Below, one piece after another: positions 38,017 to 50,520 of a DNA stretch of 64,000 nt; position 1 is the stretch's first letter; each line of letters begins with the position of its first letter. The notes beneath the pieces are model-generated. The model did no database searches. It was given only the letters and a program-made list of their open reading frames with translations, and was not told the origin of the DNA. The position numbers and the translations under genes were made by a program. Source of the DNA: Schmidtea nova. Its lineage: Eukaryota. The stretch is taken from assembly GCA_044892505.1 (NCBI GenBank), contig CM097882.1, positions 390,166,001 to 390,230,000 of the forward strand. Reading direction: 5' to 3'.

Positions 38017-38427
38017 ATGTATATTATCAATCATGTTAATGAAATCTCGAGTAAAGTTTCACGTTTGATAAATGCTAGAATTACAAAGAAACTAGGTAAA
38101 ACAAAAGAAATCGGAAAAACAAGGGTAACAAAGAAAACAGTTTCAAAACCCAGTTATACACCATCTAAAAAATTACTTATTGATAATATTCCAAAGAGTA
38201 ATCGTATTCACTCTTTTAAAGAAGATGTCAGTGCAATCAATAAAGTGTTGATAAAAATTAACAAGAAATTATCTTGCAGTGAAACAATATATATCAACAA
38301 CAAGAAAACTTACTTCTATAACTCATTTGAATCCATTGAATTTATGGACAATGAAAATTGGTTTATTGATATATCGATTCAAGGCTATAAAGTAGACCCA
38401 AAAGAAGGAGTGTCTAGAATCGCCTAA
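38017..38427 (+). CDS. Uncharacterised basic protein (136 aa, open frame), conserved in the element family
   Basis: ATG 4 nt after the ATPase stop; homolog at 4540-5021. Confidence 0.7.
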   Translation: MYIINHVNEISSKVSRLINARITKKLGKTKEIGKTRVTKKTVSKPSYTPSKKLLIDNIPKSNRIHSFKEDVSAINKVLIKINKKLSCSETIYINNKKTYFYNSFESIEFMDNENWFIDISIQGYKVDPKEGVSRIA

Positions 38428-38519
38428 AATATTTTTAATGTATTTTTAATAAATGTTATAATCATTTCTTGAGTTTTTTGAAAATTTTTGTATTTTTGAA
38501 AATTTTAAGTTTTTTAAAG

Positions 38520-38590
38520 TTTGACCTTAAAAATTTTGAACTTGACCTTAAAGTGACCTTGATCTTTGACCTCTAGTTGACCTCATAATT
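38520..38590. repeat. TGACCT cluster (5 copies) between the KINK-family ORF and pPolB
   Basis: TTTGACCTTAA, CTTGACCTTAA, GTGACCTTGA, TTTGACCTC, TTGACCTC. Confidence 0.85.
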
Positions 38591-38739
38591 TGTCCTTTAA
38601 ATGAGCTTAAAAATTGAAAATAAAATTTTATGACTCATCGTGTGTGTAAAAAAATTATAAGGGGTTGCAAAAAAAGAACCCCAGGGGGTCTAGTTGATTT
38701 TGATTGGACGCACACGTGCGATGACGTCAGATGTCTTTG

Positions 38740-41454
38740 TTCTAGAATGCACATTTCTGTCTACTCTGTAAACATTCTGATGACCTATGTTTCATTTACA
38801 GCATTTAGCTATTTTGAAATATAGTGAGGTAACTGATTATTAATAGATATAGGATTAGTAATTATTATCTTTCTGATATTGATTTTGACCCTTCAGACTA
38901 AAACCCCTGGACTTGCTATTAATGTTCTTTCTTATGATGAGGATGCTTTGCTTAAAACCTGAAGATTTTAAACATTCTTGTGTTGACATTATACACAGGT
39001 CGAATGTTGTTGGTGGTACTCCTTTTAACTTAATTTTGTTAGAAAGTGGTAATGTATATCATTTTATTGCTGTCACCGATCTTGATAGGCATTTGACTTA
39101 TCTCAATCACTATTTTTCAGATACTCTCGTAAAAGCTATATAGTGTCATCGATGCTTTAGTAGATTTCGAAAACCTGAAACATTTAATTGTCATCAACAG
39201 TTGTGTGCTAAACATCAATTGAGCACAAATCTTTAAACTTTACCAAGAAATAAAAATTTATAATTTTCTAATTGGTCTAAGACAATAACTCCACCTTTTT
39301 TAGTTGACGCCAATTTTGAGGCAATCTTACCTACGGATGATAAGTATTTTCAAAGACATGTCCTAATATCTGCCGGTCTTTTACTTGTAAATAATATTAC
39401 TGGAGAAAAGCTTTACAAAGGTTTCCTAGGGCTTGGTTGCGTTTCTAAGTTTTTTCTTAAATTAGTGATATTTCTTAAACTATAGTTTATCCCTTTCATA
39501 AAAATAATTAAAAGAAATCACTTTTTATGACTTAAGCCAATCAACAAGCATTTTCAGTAGCGAAAATTTGCTATCTTTGTAAGAAATCTTTAGTCTAACA
39601 GATTAGGGATCATGATCACTACACTGGAGAATTTTTGGGAGCTGCTTGTAATTCTTGTAATCAATCCCGTCAGTTATACAAGTTTTTACCCGCTATCTTT
39701 CATAATTTAAAGGGCTATGACTTGAACTGTATTCTTGGTTTGGCTGATTTTTAATTTTGGAAAATTTCTTGCATTCCAACAACTAGCGAAAAGGTCTTCG
39801 GTGATTTAACTATTAAATTTATCGACTCTTGTCAGTTTTTTAATTCAAGCTTAAATGATGCCGTTAAAACTTTTACTTGTTTACCTTTGACTTTTTACTT
39901 TTTACCTTTGCCTTTGATTAGATCAGAATTCCACGGGACTATTGTTGATTGTAAGGGTATTTGTCCTTATAATTTTACTACATATTTAGAAATTCTTAAC
40001 AACATTTATGAGTTGCCATCAATCTGGGAAGGTGTTACTCAAGCCGAATATGACAAGGTATTTGTAATTTGGAGGGAATCACAGTGTCAAACTCTGTGTG
40101 ACTATATGATGGTCTACCTTAAACTGGATGTTTTTCTTCTTGCTGATTTCTTTCAACAGTTTATGGCAAAATCTATAGCTTACAATCGACTTGAGCCTTT
40201 GAATTTTTCGGATATTCCAGGTATGTCGTGGGCTTCTGCACTTATTACCTTGAATGAACCAATCGAGTTTCTCCAAGATATGGAGATTTATATTTTCCTC
40301 AAAGGAAGGATCCATGGGGCTTGAAATTTGTCTACAAGCATCATGTAAATTAAATTGCTTAACATTGATATTATTATTTTTTATATGGATGAGCTTTAAG
40401 AAAAGAATTACCATATGGCGAGTTTTCTTGGATTATTGCCAAAGATGAACTAAATAATGTAATTAATTTAATGGATACCGATTTGGCTATTTCAAGTTCA
40501 TGATAAATTAAATGATTTACCCATGGCAGCAGAAATAAATACGTGTACTCCGGGTTCAAAAGTTGAGACACTGAGAGTTTAACTACCTATGTTGTTAATT
40601 GGAGGCTTCTATAGCTTTTTGTTTCTTTTGGCGTTAAAATAACATGAGTTCATCGGGCTGTTAAGTACAAAGAGAAACCCATTTTTTTAAAATACATAGA
40701 TACAAAACTCAACTTAGGGCAGCTTCTTCTACAGCTTTAGATAAGAACTATTACAAATTCTTGAATAATAGTCTTCACTGTAAAACTGTTGAGAATCTTA
40801 AGAAAAGAAGTAATTTACGACTTTGTAATTCAGCATATTCACTGATTATATAAACTTTAAAACCTACCTTCTACCTAATTTCTGTTTTGCTTAATAAGGA
40901 CTCTGTGTGTTTAGATAGACCCAGCTACTTTAGTCAAACTGTACAATAATATCGTAATGAATTCAACTGCGAGAATAATATAGTAGCTGGTGATACAGAC
41001 TCTTTTCTTGGAGGTTAAAAATTGTAATTTGGATCTTCTTTGGTCGGATTTGGTTAGGGATAGGCTTTTATATACCTCGAATTATGATCCAAATCATACC
41101 TTGTACTAGAGAAGCCTAGATTCCGTCATTGGAAAATTATGTCACAGGGTATAACATTGATGGGTACTGACCTAAAACATCAGTCGTACCTGGATTGTTA
41201 TTATAATAATTCGATGGTTTCTGTTGCTCAATAACGAATAGTTAGCAAGCATCATCAATTATTTACTAATAAAACCATAAAGTAGCCGTAACGAACTTGG
41301 ATGAAAAAAGGTTTTGGTTGGGGAAAATGAAAGTCTTGCATATGGACATTATAAGAGATGTGACTCGTTTATAGACCAATCAAAAGATCAGGTTAGCGTT
41401 CTATATATAGATACATCGCTCAATTCAAATTATATATCAGATTCAGATTTGTAA
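38740..41454 (+). pseudogene. Protein-primed family B DNA polymerase, near full length and degenerate
   Basis: LAINVLSY, RDHDHYTGEFLGAACNSCN, IFHNLKGYD, IKFIDSCQF, KGICPY, YLKLDVFLLADFF, KFLNNSL and VAGDTDSF. Confidence 0.93.
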
Positions 41455-42219
41455 TGAATAAAACTTTGTTAAAAATAATTGGTTTCATTATATTTAGTTT
41501 TATATTTCTTTAGTTTATTAAGTTTAATTAATTTTAAAAATTTTATGTATTGTCCAGATTTAAATCGGTTTTACCGTGCGGTGTTTTCATCTGATTAGTG
41601 TAATATTTTTTATGATTTGTTTCAATCTTTTTATTTAATGTAAAAATAATTATTTCTGTTTACAAATATTAATAAATTTCATATGCTCTTATAACTCCCT
41701 GCTGCTAAATAGTTTAAAAATTTCTACAACTCTCACAATTCTCGCATTCATTTCATCCGTTTTCATAGTTCTCACATTTGGATTTCTAAAGTTTATTTTA
41801 CCAAAATTATATAATATATCGAAAGTTATTAGTTAAAAAACCACTACTCGAAAAGTTAGTCAGTCAATTAAAACAAAAATTTCGTTCAATTAGAAAAAAA
41901 GCGTCGTGTGTGTTACGAATAATAATTATAGTTTTGCATGTTTTGACGTTACCAACAGTAGTCACGGAAGTTCTACAGTGTGTGTGTGTTTACCTTAGAA
42001 ATAGCTACTCCAGAAATTATATATTGACACGTGTGTTAACCTTAGACACAGGTTACAAGGCGACTTTTACCATAGCAACAGCTTTCTCGGGGATTATATA
42101 TGTATGTGTGTGTTTACTCTGGCAACATCTTTCCCGTAGACTAAATATTAATGTTTGAGTTTACCTTAGCAACCGTTGCTACGTGAAAAAGTGAGTCAAA
42201 GTCCTCAAGACACCCTACT

Positions 42220-42330
42220 GGTGACGTTTCCTGGATGATGCAGTTGTCGCATATACATACCTTTCAAACCAGATAGTTATGGAATCAAATTTTAAGTCAT
42301 GTGTAACTGCGAAAAATTTATCTCATTCTT
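42220..42330 (+). pseudogene. piggyBac transposase, part 3' of the Polinton insertion
   Basis: TFPG*CSCRIYIPFKPDSYGIKF matches F.GRC.FRQYIP.KP.KYGIK. Confidence 0.85.
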
Positions 42331-42779
42331 GTATTTTTTTTAAAAATCACTTAATTGGCTGTACAGTCAATGAAATTATAGTCAAATATATTTGAATTGT
42401 AGATAATGATATCATATATATTTACAAATAAAGATAAATGTATTCTAACACTTAGTTTTTAAATTATTTTTGAAATGCTGTTTGATTATTTCAATTATCA
42501 TATATTTAAATAAAACAAAAAATGTTATTGTTATAAACAATATTATTAACATAATATAACTTTATAAACAAAATTATAATTTTTATCATAAAATAATTAT
42601 ATGATCACTTACTGAAATTTTATATTTTAATAATAATAATACTTTATTTAATGTTATATAAGTTAAAGAAAAGAATACTAAATTATTCAAGAAAAAGATA
42701 TTAATAATACTTTTAAAACAATACAATTCCCTTCATAAAATAATTTTTTAATTTAAGATATTGTAAAACAGAAGAATTA

Positions 42780-43260
42780 AATAAAATTACTTCGAAATCT
42801 ATTGAATTTCTTTCAAATGTTGGAAAATCTGAAAGAGAAATTTCTAGTCAGCTTCGAATACCAAAAACAACTGTGCACGATGCATAAATTTACATGATAA
42901 TTAAAGGTTTATCACTAATGGGTAAACTCTTACATCTACTAAGTACGGTAGGATTCTTTCAGGCCATATGGTACGATCTGCAAGACAATTAATTAAGGAG
43001 AATTTCATATTTCAACATACTGTTAATACCAACGAATGGTTCAAAAGTAAAAAATAGAAGTGCATACATGACTAATTCAAAGTACAGACCTCAATTCAAA
43101 TGAAAGCATATGGTTTCATTTTTAAAATAAATTTGTGACAGACAGTATTCAAAATAAATATGATTTATCAGAGATAGTTTTCTATTACTCCTTATCAAAC
43201 CAATAAAATAGTTAATTCAATGCCAAAAAGAATTGATGATGATATACTTTCTAAACTCTA
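42780..43260 (+). pseudogene. Tc1-like transposase relic
   Basis: Degenerate L.IPKTTVHD, FIFQ.., QS.DLNS.E..W and SMPKRI motifs. Confidence 0.55.
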
Positions 43261-44021
43261 TTGAATTGAATTACAATTTCATTAATATAAAAAGTTAAAA
43301 TAAATTAAAATTTCATAAAGCGGTCGAATAATTTTTCTTGATAAAAGTTTTAATTTTATTTATAAAGTTATCACATGCAAATATAAAGATGTCTGCTCTT
43401 TGTCTTCACAAAGTAATTATTCATTACTGAAGCAATGAGTTATCACGGTGAGTAGTGCATCTGCAAGAGGGTGTCAGGCAACCAAATGTTGAGCTATATT
43501 CTTTGTAAATTATGTAATGTGGGATGGGTCACCAATATTTTTTTGCATTTTAAGAAAAGCCTCGATATGTGCTTTGTTCGACTCTGTGGAGGGTATCTTT
43601 ATATTGACTTCAAAATTTTTTTAAAAAGTCTTTGTTTTTATATTATGATTCATCGAAAAAATTCGGACAAGACCACTTTGACCTCCTACAGAACAAATGA
43701 CTCATTGTTTTGAGGATGCGTAATTTCTTTGTTAGCCAAAGAGCACATATATTCCTACTCATACAGAAATATTAAGTAAAATTTAATATAACAATAACAT
43801 TCTTTACGTTCTATATAAATATATGACAATTGAAATAATTAAATACCATTACTTCAAAATAATTCTAAAAAGCTAAGTAGTAAGGCACTTTTTTCTTTAA
43901 CTATATACATTTGTATATATTATCATAATAAACTTTTGTTTCATCTTTGATCTTTTTTTAAATATTAATATCAATAATTCCCATAATGGATGACTACAGA
44001 TCAAAATGTCTTTAAATAAGT

Positions 44022-44053
44022 ACACAATATTTCGGCACAGCCTTTATCAAGTG
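44022..44053 (-). ncRNA. Penelope-type minimal type I hammerhead ribozyme motif (family 1), within a fold-back at 43998-44103
   Basis: The minus strand reads CAC-TTGATAA-A-GGC-TGT-GCC-GAAA-TA-TT-GTGT, identical to the motif at 54678-54709. Confidence 0.65.
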
Positions 44054-45914
44054 ATAAAGGCTGTGCCGAAATATTGTGTACTTATTTAAAGACATTTTGA
44101 TCTAGTCTTACCATTNNNNNNNNNNNNNNNNNNNNNNNNNNNNNNNNNNNNNNNNNNNNNNNNNNNNNNNNNNNNNNNNNNNNNNNNNNNNNNNNNNNNN
44201 NNNNNNNNNNNNNNNNNNNNNNNNNNNNNNNNNNNNNNNNNNNNNNNNNNNNNNNNNNNNNNNNNNNNNNNNNNNNNNNNNNNNNNNNNNNNNNNNNNNN
44301 NNNNNNNNNNNNNNNNNNNNNNNNNNNGATTTAAATAAAAAGAGACCAAAGGTGAAAATAAAAGATAATTATGATAAATAATAAATAAATAACAAATATA
44401 TAATAAATAAATAATGAATAAATGATAAGTAATATTTTTATTTATACAAAAATAATAAATAATTTTACTAGTAATTATGAGTAGTAATTTTGGAAACAGC
44501 GGATGGACACACGGAGTTGGACTAATGGACAGACTGTTGAATTATATATGTATTGCTAATACAGTAGATATGAAACGACAAACATTTTAGTCCCTGTTGT
44601 TAAACTTAACTCTTGGCTCTATTAATTATATTAAAATATGTCGTTATATCTCACGTTTTATTTTCTCTTCGGTTGTACAATAAAAAACATTTAGAAAATT
44701 AATCTTCTTTCTTAAAGTATTATTTTTCAATCTCTTCCAAAAATCATGGATGTCAAATAATTAATATTTACAATTAATAATTTAAAGTTTTAAAAATTCA
44801 TTTTTAAGAAATTTGTTTTTAAAATTAAATTTCAATTAAATGTAATTAGTTTAGAATAAAATCGAAAAAGATGAATAATTCTGACCAATTATAAATAGAT
44901 TATTCTGATTGGCTTACATCTAGGCGAGAATATATTTTATTAAAATTAGAAAAAAACATCATTTTGCGTTATGGAAGACGATTCAGAGTCCATTCAAGAA
45001 CCAGTACAGGTAATTTCACAAATTAAATATTTTTTTATTGTGTGTTTTCTTCTTAAATTGTATTTCCTTAAATTCTGTAAAAATATTGCTCTTTTAATAA
45101 TAATAATACAAAATTATAAAAATAAATAATTAATTTGTTGAATTTTAGGATTTTTAAATATCCTTGAAGTGTGTGAAATGTTATTGAATCTTTTAAAAAT
45201 ATAAATAAGGACTAAAGTTATATAAATAAAATTAGGAATTTTGCAATAATTATTATTCGAAAAAGAAAATAAAAATTCTTATGTCCTATTTTTATACTGT
45301 AAATAAAAAAAGAGTAAATAAAAAATTGATATATTCACAATTAAAAAATTTAATGACTTAAAAAATATCTAAAATATAAACTTGTGAATAAGATGTCCTG
45401 AAAGTGGGTTAATGTAAATCAAAATCAAAATTTTAATCAAATATTTCAAAATTGTGCAGTTTCTTAACTTTAAGAATAAAATTATTATTATTATTATTAA
45501 AAAATAAAAAGTAAAGTTAACGATGCATTGGAGTAATATAAATAATTTAATCGTTTCTAATTTGTGCTAATCATGCGATATGTTTAACCGTTTGCGGACG
45601 GTAGACCAGCAATGCTGGCCAAACTTTAAAAAAATCATACCACGATATAGGGCATTCGTATACTAAAAAATTCGTATACTTATTCTTATACTTATTTAAA
45701 TTAATTCTGTCCACAAACGGTTAAAAATAAATCTGAAACCCTGTTTGGATCGTGTTTGATAGTCGTTCTTCAATTTAAAGTATTAAAAACATCCAAATTT
45801 ACAATAAACACAACATTATTGTATATCAGTGATTATTTTTAAATATCTATTCGTACCTAAAATTAAATGAAAATGCAAAGAATAATAAAGTGAAAGTATA
45901 TAATAAAGTATATT

Positions 45915-45975
<61 letters not shown>
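45915..45975. repeat. (AAT)n microsatellite
   Basis: Direct reading; abuts a Penelope-like terminal repeat. Confidence 0.95.
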
Positions 45976-45976
<1 letters not shown>

Positions 45977-46458
45977 TAATAATTAAAAACAAAAGCCAAT
46001 CCAAATATATATTCTGCACAATATATTTCAAGAACTTAATTCTTCCATGGGATTTAGAGTTGTTTTCAGTCATTTAAATGTTTGTAAATATGTGAGTGCG
46101 AGAGTTTTTAGTGCGTGTGTTTGCATCTTTTTTTGCGGTTTAAGTAAATTAACTGATGTGATCGTTGATGATGTTTATTTTTTTCTTTTAATTTGTGTTT
46201 AAACTTTTCAAATGTCATTGGCGAAATGCCACATACTTTGGACAAGACTGGCCGTCTTTTCTGTACTCGAGTATTAAAGCATTTTCAATTAGGGATTATG
46301 GATTTTCTTTTCAATCAATTTGTTGTTTATAAATATGAAAATATTTATAATATATTCTTAAAAAAATATTTTTTATAAAAAAAGAATATTATATTTTTAA
46401 GATTAATTTGTTTGGAAAATCAATTTATTTGATTTATATTTGAATGGAAGATTGAGTA

Positions 46459-46499
46459 GCACCTGATGAAGAGAATTAAATTCTCAAAATATATTGTGC
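46459..46499 (+). ncRNA. Penelope-type minimal type I hammerhead ribozyme motif (family 2), with G12 mutated to A
   Basis: GCAC-CTGATGA-A-GAGAAT-TAA-ATTCTC-AAAA-TATA-TT-GTGC. The inverted partial copy at 46016-46045 retains GAAA. Confidence 0.75.
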
Positions 46500-46989
46500 A
46501 GAATATATATTTGGATTGGCGTTTGTTTTTAATTATTTTAGTGAATTGTTNNNNNNNNNNNNNNNNNNNNNNNNNNNNNNNNNNNNNNNNNNNNNNNNNN
46601 NNNNNNNNNNNNNNNNNNNNNNNNNNNNNNNNNNNNNNNNNNNNNNNNNNNNNNNNNNNNNNNNNNNNNNNNNNNNNNNNNNNNNNNNNNNNNNNNNNNN
46701 NNNNNNNNNNNNNNNNNNNNNNNNNNNNNNNNNNNNNNNNNNNNNNNNNNNNNNNNNNTGTTTAATTCTAGAACTACCAACAGTTGTTATATATCTATAT
46801 CTACTGAACCGATCATTTTGATCTGTTTGATATTTAGTTAAAATATTAAAATTTAAAGAAAATTTTCAATAAAAAATATTTTTTTAATTTTTATATTCCA
46901 GGTATATAATATATACATATATTTACATAAAAGTAGTAATATTATTTATTTTTTATTATTACTATTTGGCTCACCACAATTTTTACATA

Positions 46990-47470
46990 TAGAGATTTTT
47001 TTTTAATGTGCATTTACCACAAACATATTTTCTGCATCCAACACAGATATTCAGAGTTTTATTCCATTACATTAATCCTATTTGCTCCCAAGTCGAGAAT
47101 ATTGAAAAATATTTGTTTCTAATAATGTTTCGAATACAGTAGAAGTACTTTTTTAGCTAGCTTACTTTTATTACAATTATTTGTTTTATAAATTATTGAT
47201 AAAAATCGAGGTAAATATTTTTTTGTTTTCCAAGTTTTGGCAATTCTCTTTTATTTGCACAAAATTTTCCTACAAAAGTTGTGCGTTTTTACAATAATTT
47301 TGAGACTAGTAATTTGCTGGTAAAAAATTATCAGTAATTACATTTTTTCCAGTACTGGTAAAAGGTTCACTCAAAGGAATTGGCGACTGTCTTGCTTCGA
47401 CCTTTCCCAAATACGGGACCGTATAACAAATTTATTTTTGAGATCAGATTCTACCAATAAACGAATTGGT
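46990..47470 (-). pseudogene. piggyBac transposase relic
   Basis: EPFTSTGKNVITDNF(FTS), NKRELP and C-terminal C.GCRKYVCGKC. Confidence 0.75.
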
Positions 47471-48869
47471 TTTAGTTAAATTATATTTTCTTTATTTTAT
47501 TACATATTGAATTTTTCCCAATTTTTTCCTGATTTTATTTAATTATGTTTTCCCTGATGTGATTTGTAGATCATTTATTCACTTATTATTATTTATTCTT
47601 TCTTTTTATTCTATCATTGTTTTATTTTCCCCCTTTTTAATTGCTAATTTATGTTATTGAAATTCATTTTGGTTTATTTTATTTATTTTGCGTTTATTTA
47701 CTCTTTTTAGCTTCCTTTCAGATTTAGACTTTTTCGTGTGTTTCTATAATAAATGATCGTGACATTCACCCGCTCGAGAGTTCTAACCCAAAAGTATTAA
47801 CATTCAATCTTTATAATAAATAATTTAAAAATAAAATTTTCAAATTAATCTTCATATATAAATATTTATAAAGCATAAATATTTCAAAAGTTAAAACAAA
47901 AACCTTTTAAAAAACGACAAAAAGTAATAATAATTAAAACAATTTAACACATAGTTTTCTTGATTTTCGTGAAATAAAGAGCAAATTCATCTCACAAAAG
48001 AAATCTGAATATGCCAAAATGCATTTGCTCTGATTAATCAAGATTGTCGACTTTCCGTTTACTTTTGCACATTTCCGGATATACTTATACACGTATTAAT
48101 ATTATTATTTGCATTGCTACGCAGTAAAATAAAGATATTAAGTCCCGTAGTTATGGTAAATGCTAGATTTTCATTACTTTTAAATCTTGCTCAACTTTGT
48201 TTTTTATAAATGAGCATTTCTTTACTGCGTACCTTTCTATCTGAACATCTCTATGGATACATAATTCGTTTGATAAAGTTGAAACACTTTTGAAAATGAA
48301 TAATTATTCAAAAGCTCAGTGTGGAGATTATCTTTTCTTATAAATGTAACCCATATTCTCCTAGATTAAATATATATTCAAAATTAGAAGTAAGCACGTA
48401 TTACCAATGTACCTTAATGTGGCAAAATGGCCATATAATAAACAAGCGATCTTTTAATCATTAAATCACTTGGTTATGAAATGTTCCAGGTTGTTAGTCA
48501 ACATGCTATGGTCAGTTTATACTGTATATTATCATATGATGAAGTTTAGAGGAAATAAGTTAATCAAAACAAAAAAACTACCCTATCTGCTGTAAACTTC
48601 CGGTTACTAATAGGATTACTGAATTAGTACGTCTGATTGGACTGCACTGCTATTAGGTTTTCAAATACGAAATTGGCGATTTCGCATAAGATTTTAGAGT
48701 TTTGGCGTTTTCTTAACAAACATTATTTATATTTTTCTGTAAATTTCTAATTAAGCAAGTTATTATAATAATCCTTTGTCATTAGTTTTATTTCGCTTCA
48801 CAACTTATTTTTACTTCCTCACTAGATAAAATTAGACCACCTTTTAATCTACAATTTTTTCCTTTTACT

Positions 48870-49480
48870 TTCGTACGAGTTTAAATTGGGCCACGTCGAT
48901 GCTGAAGTCACAGGGAAATTCCCTGATGCTAATGTTATTGAACGAACAGTGAGATTCTGGTTGCAAAAGTTTAAATTAACGAATTTAGCTTTGGAAACCA
49001 GAAGAGAGGTCAATCCGAAACTTTAATTGATGACCAACATTTATATGGCAGAAGGACTTGGTGTAAGAACTTGTGGCAACTTTTATTCTTTTACACCAAA
49101 CCTTTGCAAACCATCTACAAGTAATGGAAAAGCAGAAAATACAAGATAAATGAATCCCATACAATAATAAAGAAATTGAGACATTCAGAAGCGGGCATAT
49201 ACCATGTTCAACCAAATAAAGCTGAACGATTTTCTGCACTGTATAGTCAAAGGTTGCGAAAATAGATCTTATATGACAATTTGGAAATATCTGCACAATG
49301 GCCAGATGCAGATGAAACGTCAAACACCAAGGAAATAAAACTTTTAATCATAAGAAAGTCATATATAAATAATAATAAATTTTCCTTAAATGAGAAAAAA
49401 ACTAACAAATTTAATACTTTTTGCCCATCGGGCTGCAAGTGCAAAATGAACAGATGACACTCCATTAAGTTATATAAAAA
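48870..49480 (+). pseudogene. mariner transposase relic
   Basis: FKLGH..ERTVRFWLQKFK, HLQVMEKQKIQDK*IP and DFLHCIV.G.E. Confidence 0.75.
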
Positions 49481-50440
49481 ATTATATTTAAAAATTGAAA
49501 TTAAAGATTTTAAACTTGATTTTTAATGTTACTTCATAGCTTCAATGGTTCTAACCCGCTAACAAACAATTGCTCAACCGTATTTTAAAATGTTTATCAT
49601 TTGAGTAAATAATTTTTTTAAAAATTTTCAGACTTTAAAATTAATTTTTCATGACAATTTCAAACTGTGGAACAGGATAATGGGGAGGGGGTACCGTGAC
49701 AACCGGCATTTGCCTGACTATTTGACATACACATTCGCCAATTGTATGATCCACATCTATATAAACTCGCGAGGCTAAATATCGCGTCTTGTGGAATGGC
49801 CATATTAACTTTCACAGTTTTCTTTTCAACGCCTTTTTGTTCGTCGAATTAATCTTCTCTTTTTGCTTAAACGATTCTTGCAAAAAAATAAAATACTTTT
49901 ATCAATTATTAAAGGGAATTTATTTTCACGCTTTATCAATTGGTCATTTTCCATGGAATTTATTGCTTTGTCTAGTGAATATTTTTCATTATTTTCAGCT
50001 ATTTTGAAACAATTTGGAAATATAATACAATTTATTTAAACTCAAAGTTAATAATTTCAAATTCATTTTAAAAATATGCTAAAATATTTTTGACAAATGT
50101 ATTTCGTGCATTTGAAACTTTATTATTCAAATGAGTAACGAATAAATGTTCTAAAATTCACAGAACACTTTTTATCTTATTCAGTTGGAAGAAACAAAAA
50201 AATTAACAATTTTAAAATATCATTATTTTACGCTTTATAAATTTATTTATAGAAAAGTCTAAAAGTTGATTAAGTTTTCAATTGACTCATTTGAGTATGA
50301 TGGCACAATTGTTAACAAATATTTATTAGTTTATTATTCTTATTTTTGCCAACGCATTATGAAATATTCTATTATTCTATTTGAATTTAGCTTTCTAAAG
50401 TTTGTTAATTATATATTACTGAATAAAAATATAAATTATC

Positions 50441-50520
50441 AGTGGGGGAATATGAGCTATCTGGATCCGTATGAATTATCGCGCGTTTTTAGTAGGATTT
50501 TTGAAGTGTGTTTAGTCTTA
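50441..50520 (+). mobile_element. Possible Polinton terminus remnant
   Basis: AGTGGGGGAATATGAGCTA resembles AGTAGGGGGATATGAGCTT at 12062. Confidence 0.35.

Larger units (their letters stand above)
27033..42219. mobile_element. Polinton/Maverick-like element, degenerate and composite (15.2 kb including the nested Gypsy)
   Basis: Homologous inverted ends starting AGTA; GGTGAC at both 27027-27032 and 42220-42225; contains pPolB and a packaging ATPase; the empty site restores a piggyBac reading frame. Confidence 0.9.

Noticed and set aside
27033-42219. A Polinton integrase, minor capsid protein or Gypsy env gene
   Set aside because: No rve motifs were seen outside the Gypsy pol, no penton-like sequence was recognised, and there is no room for env between the integrase and the PPT.
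43400-43750. GC-richer stretch as a host exon (minus strand HIEAFLKMQKNIGDP)
   Set aside because: Several stops and no recognisable family.
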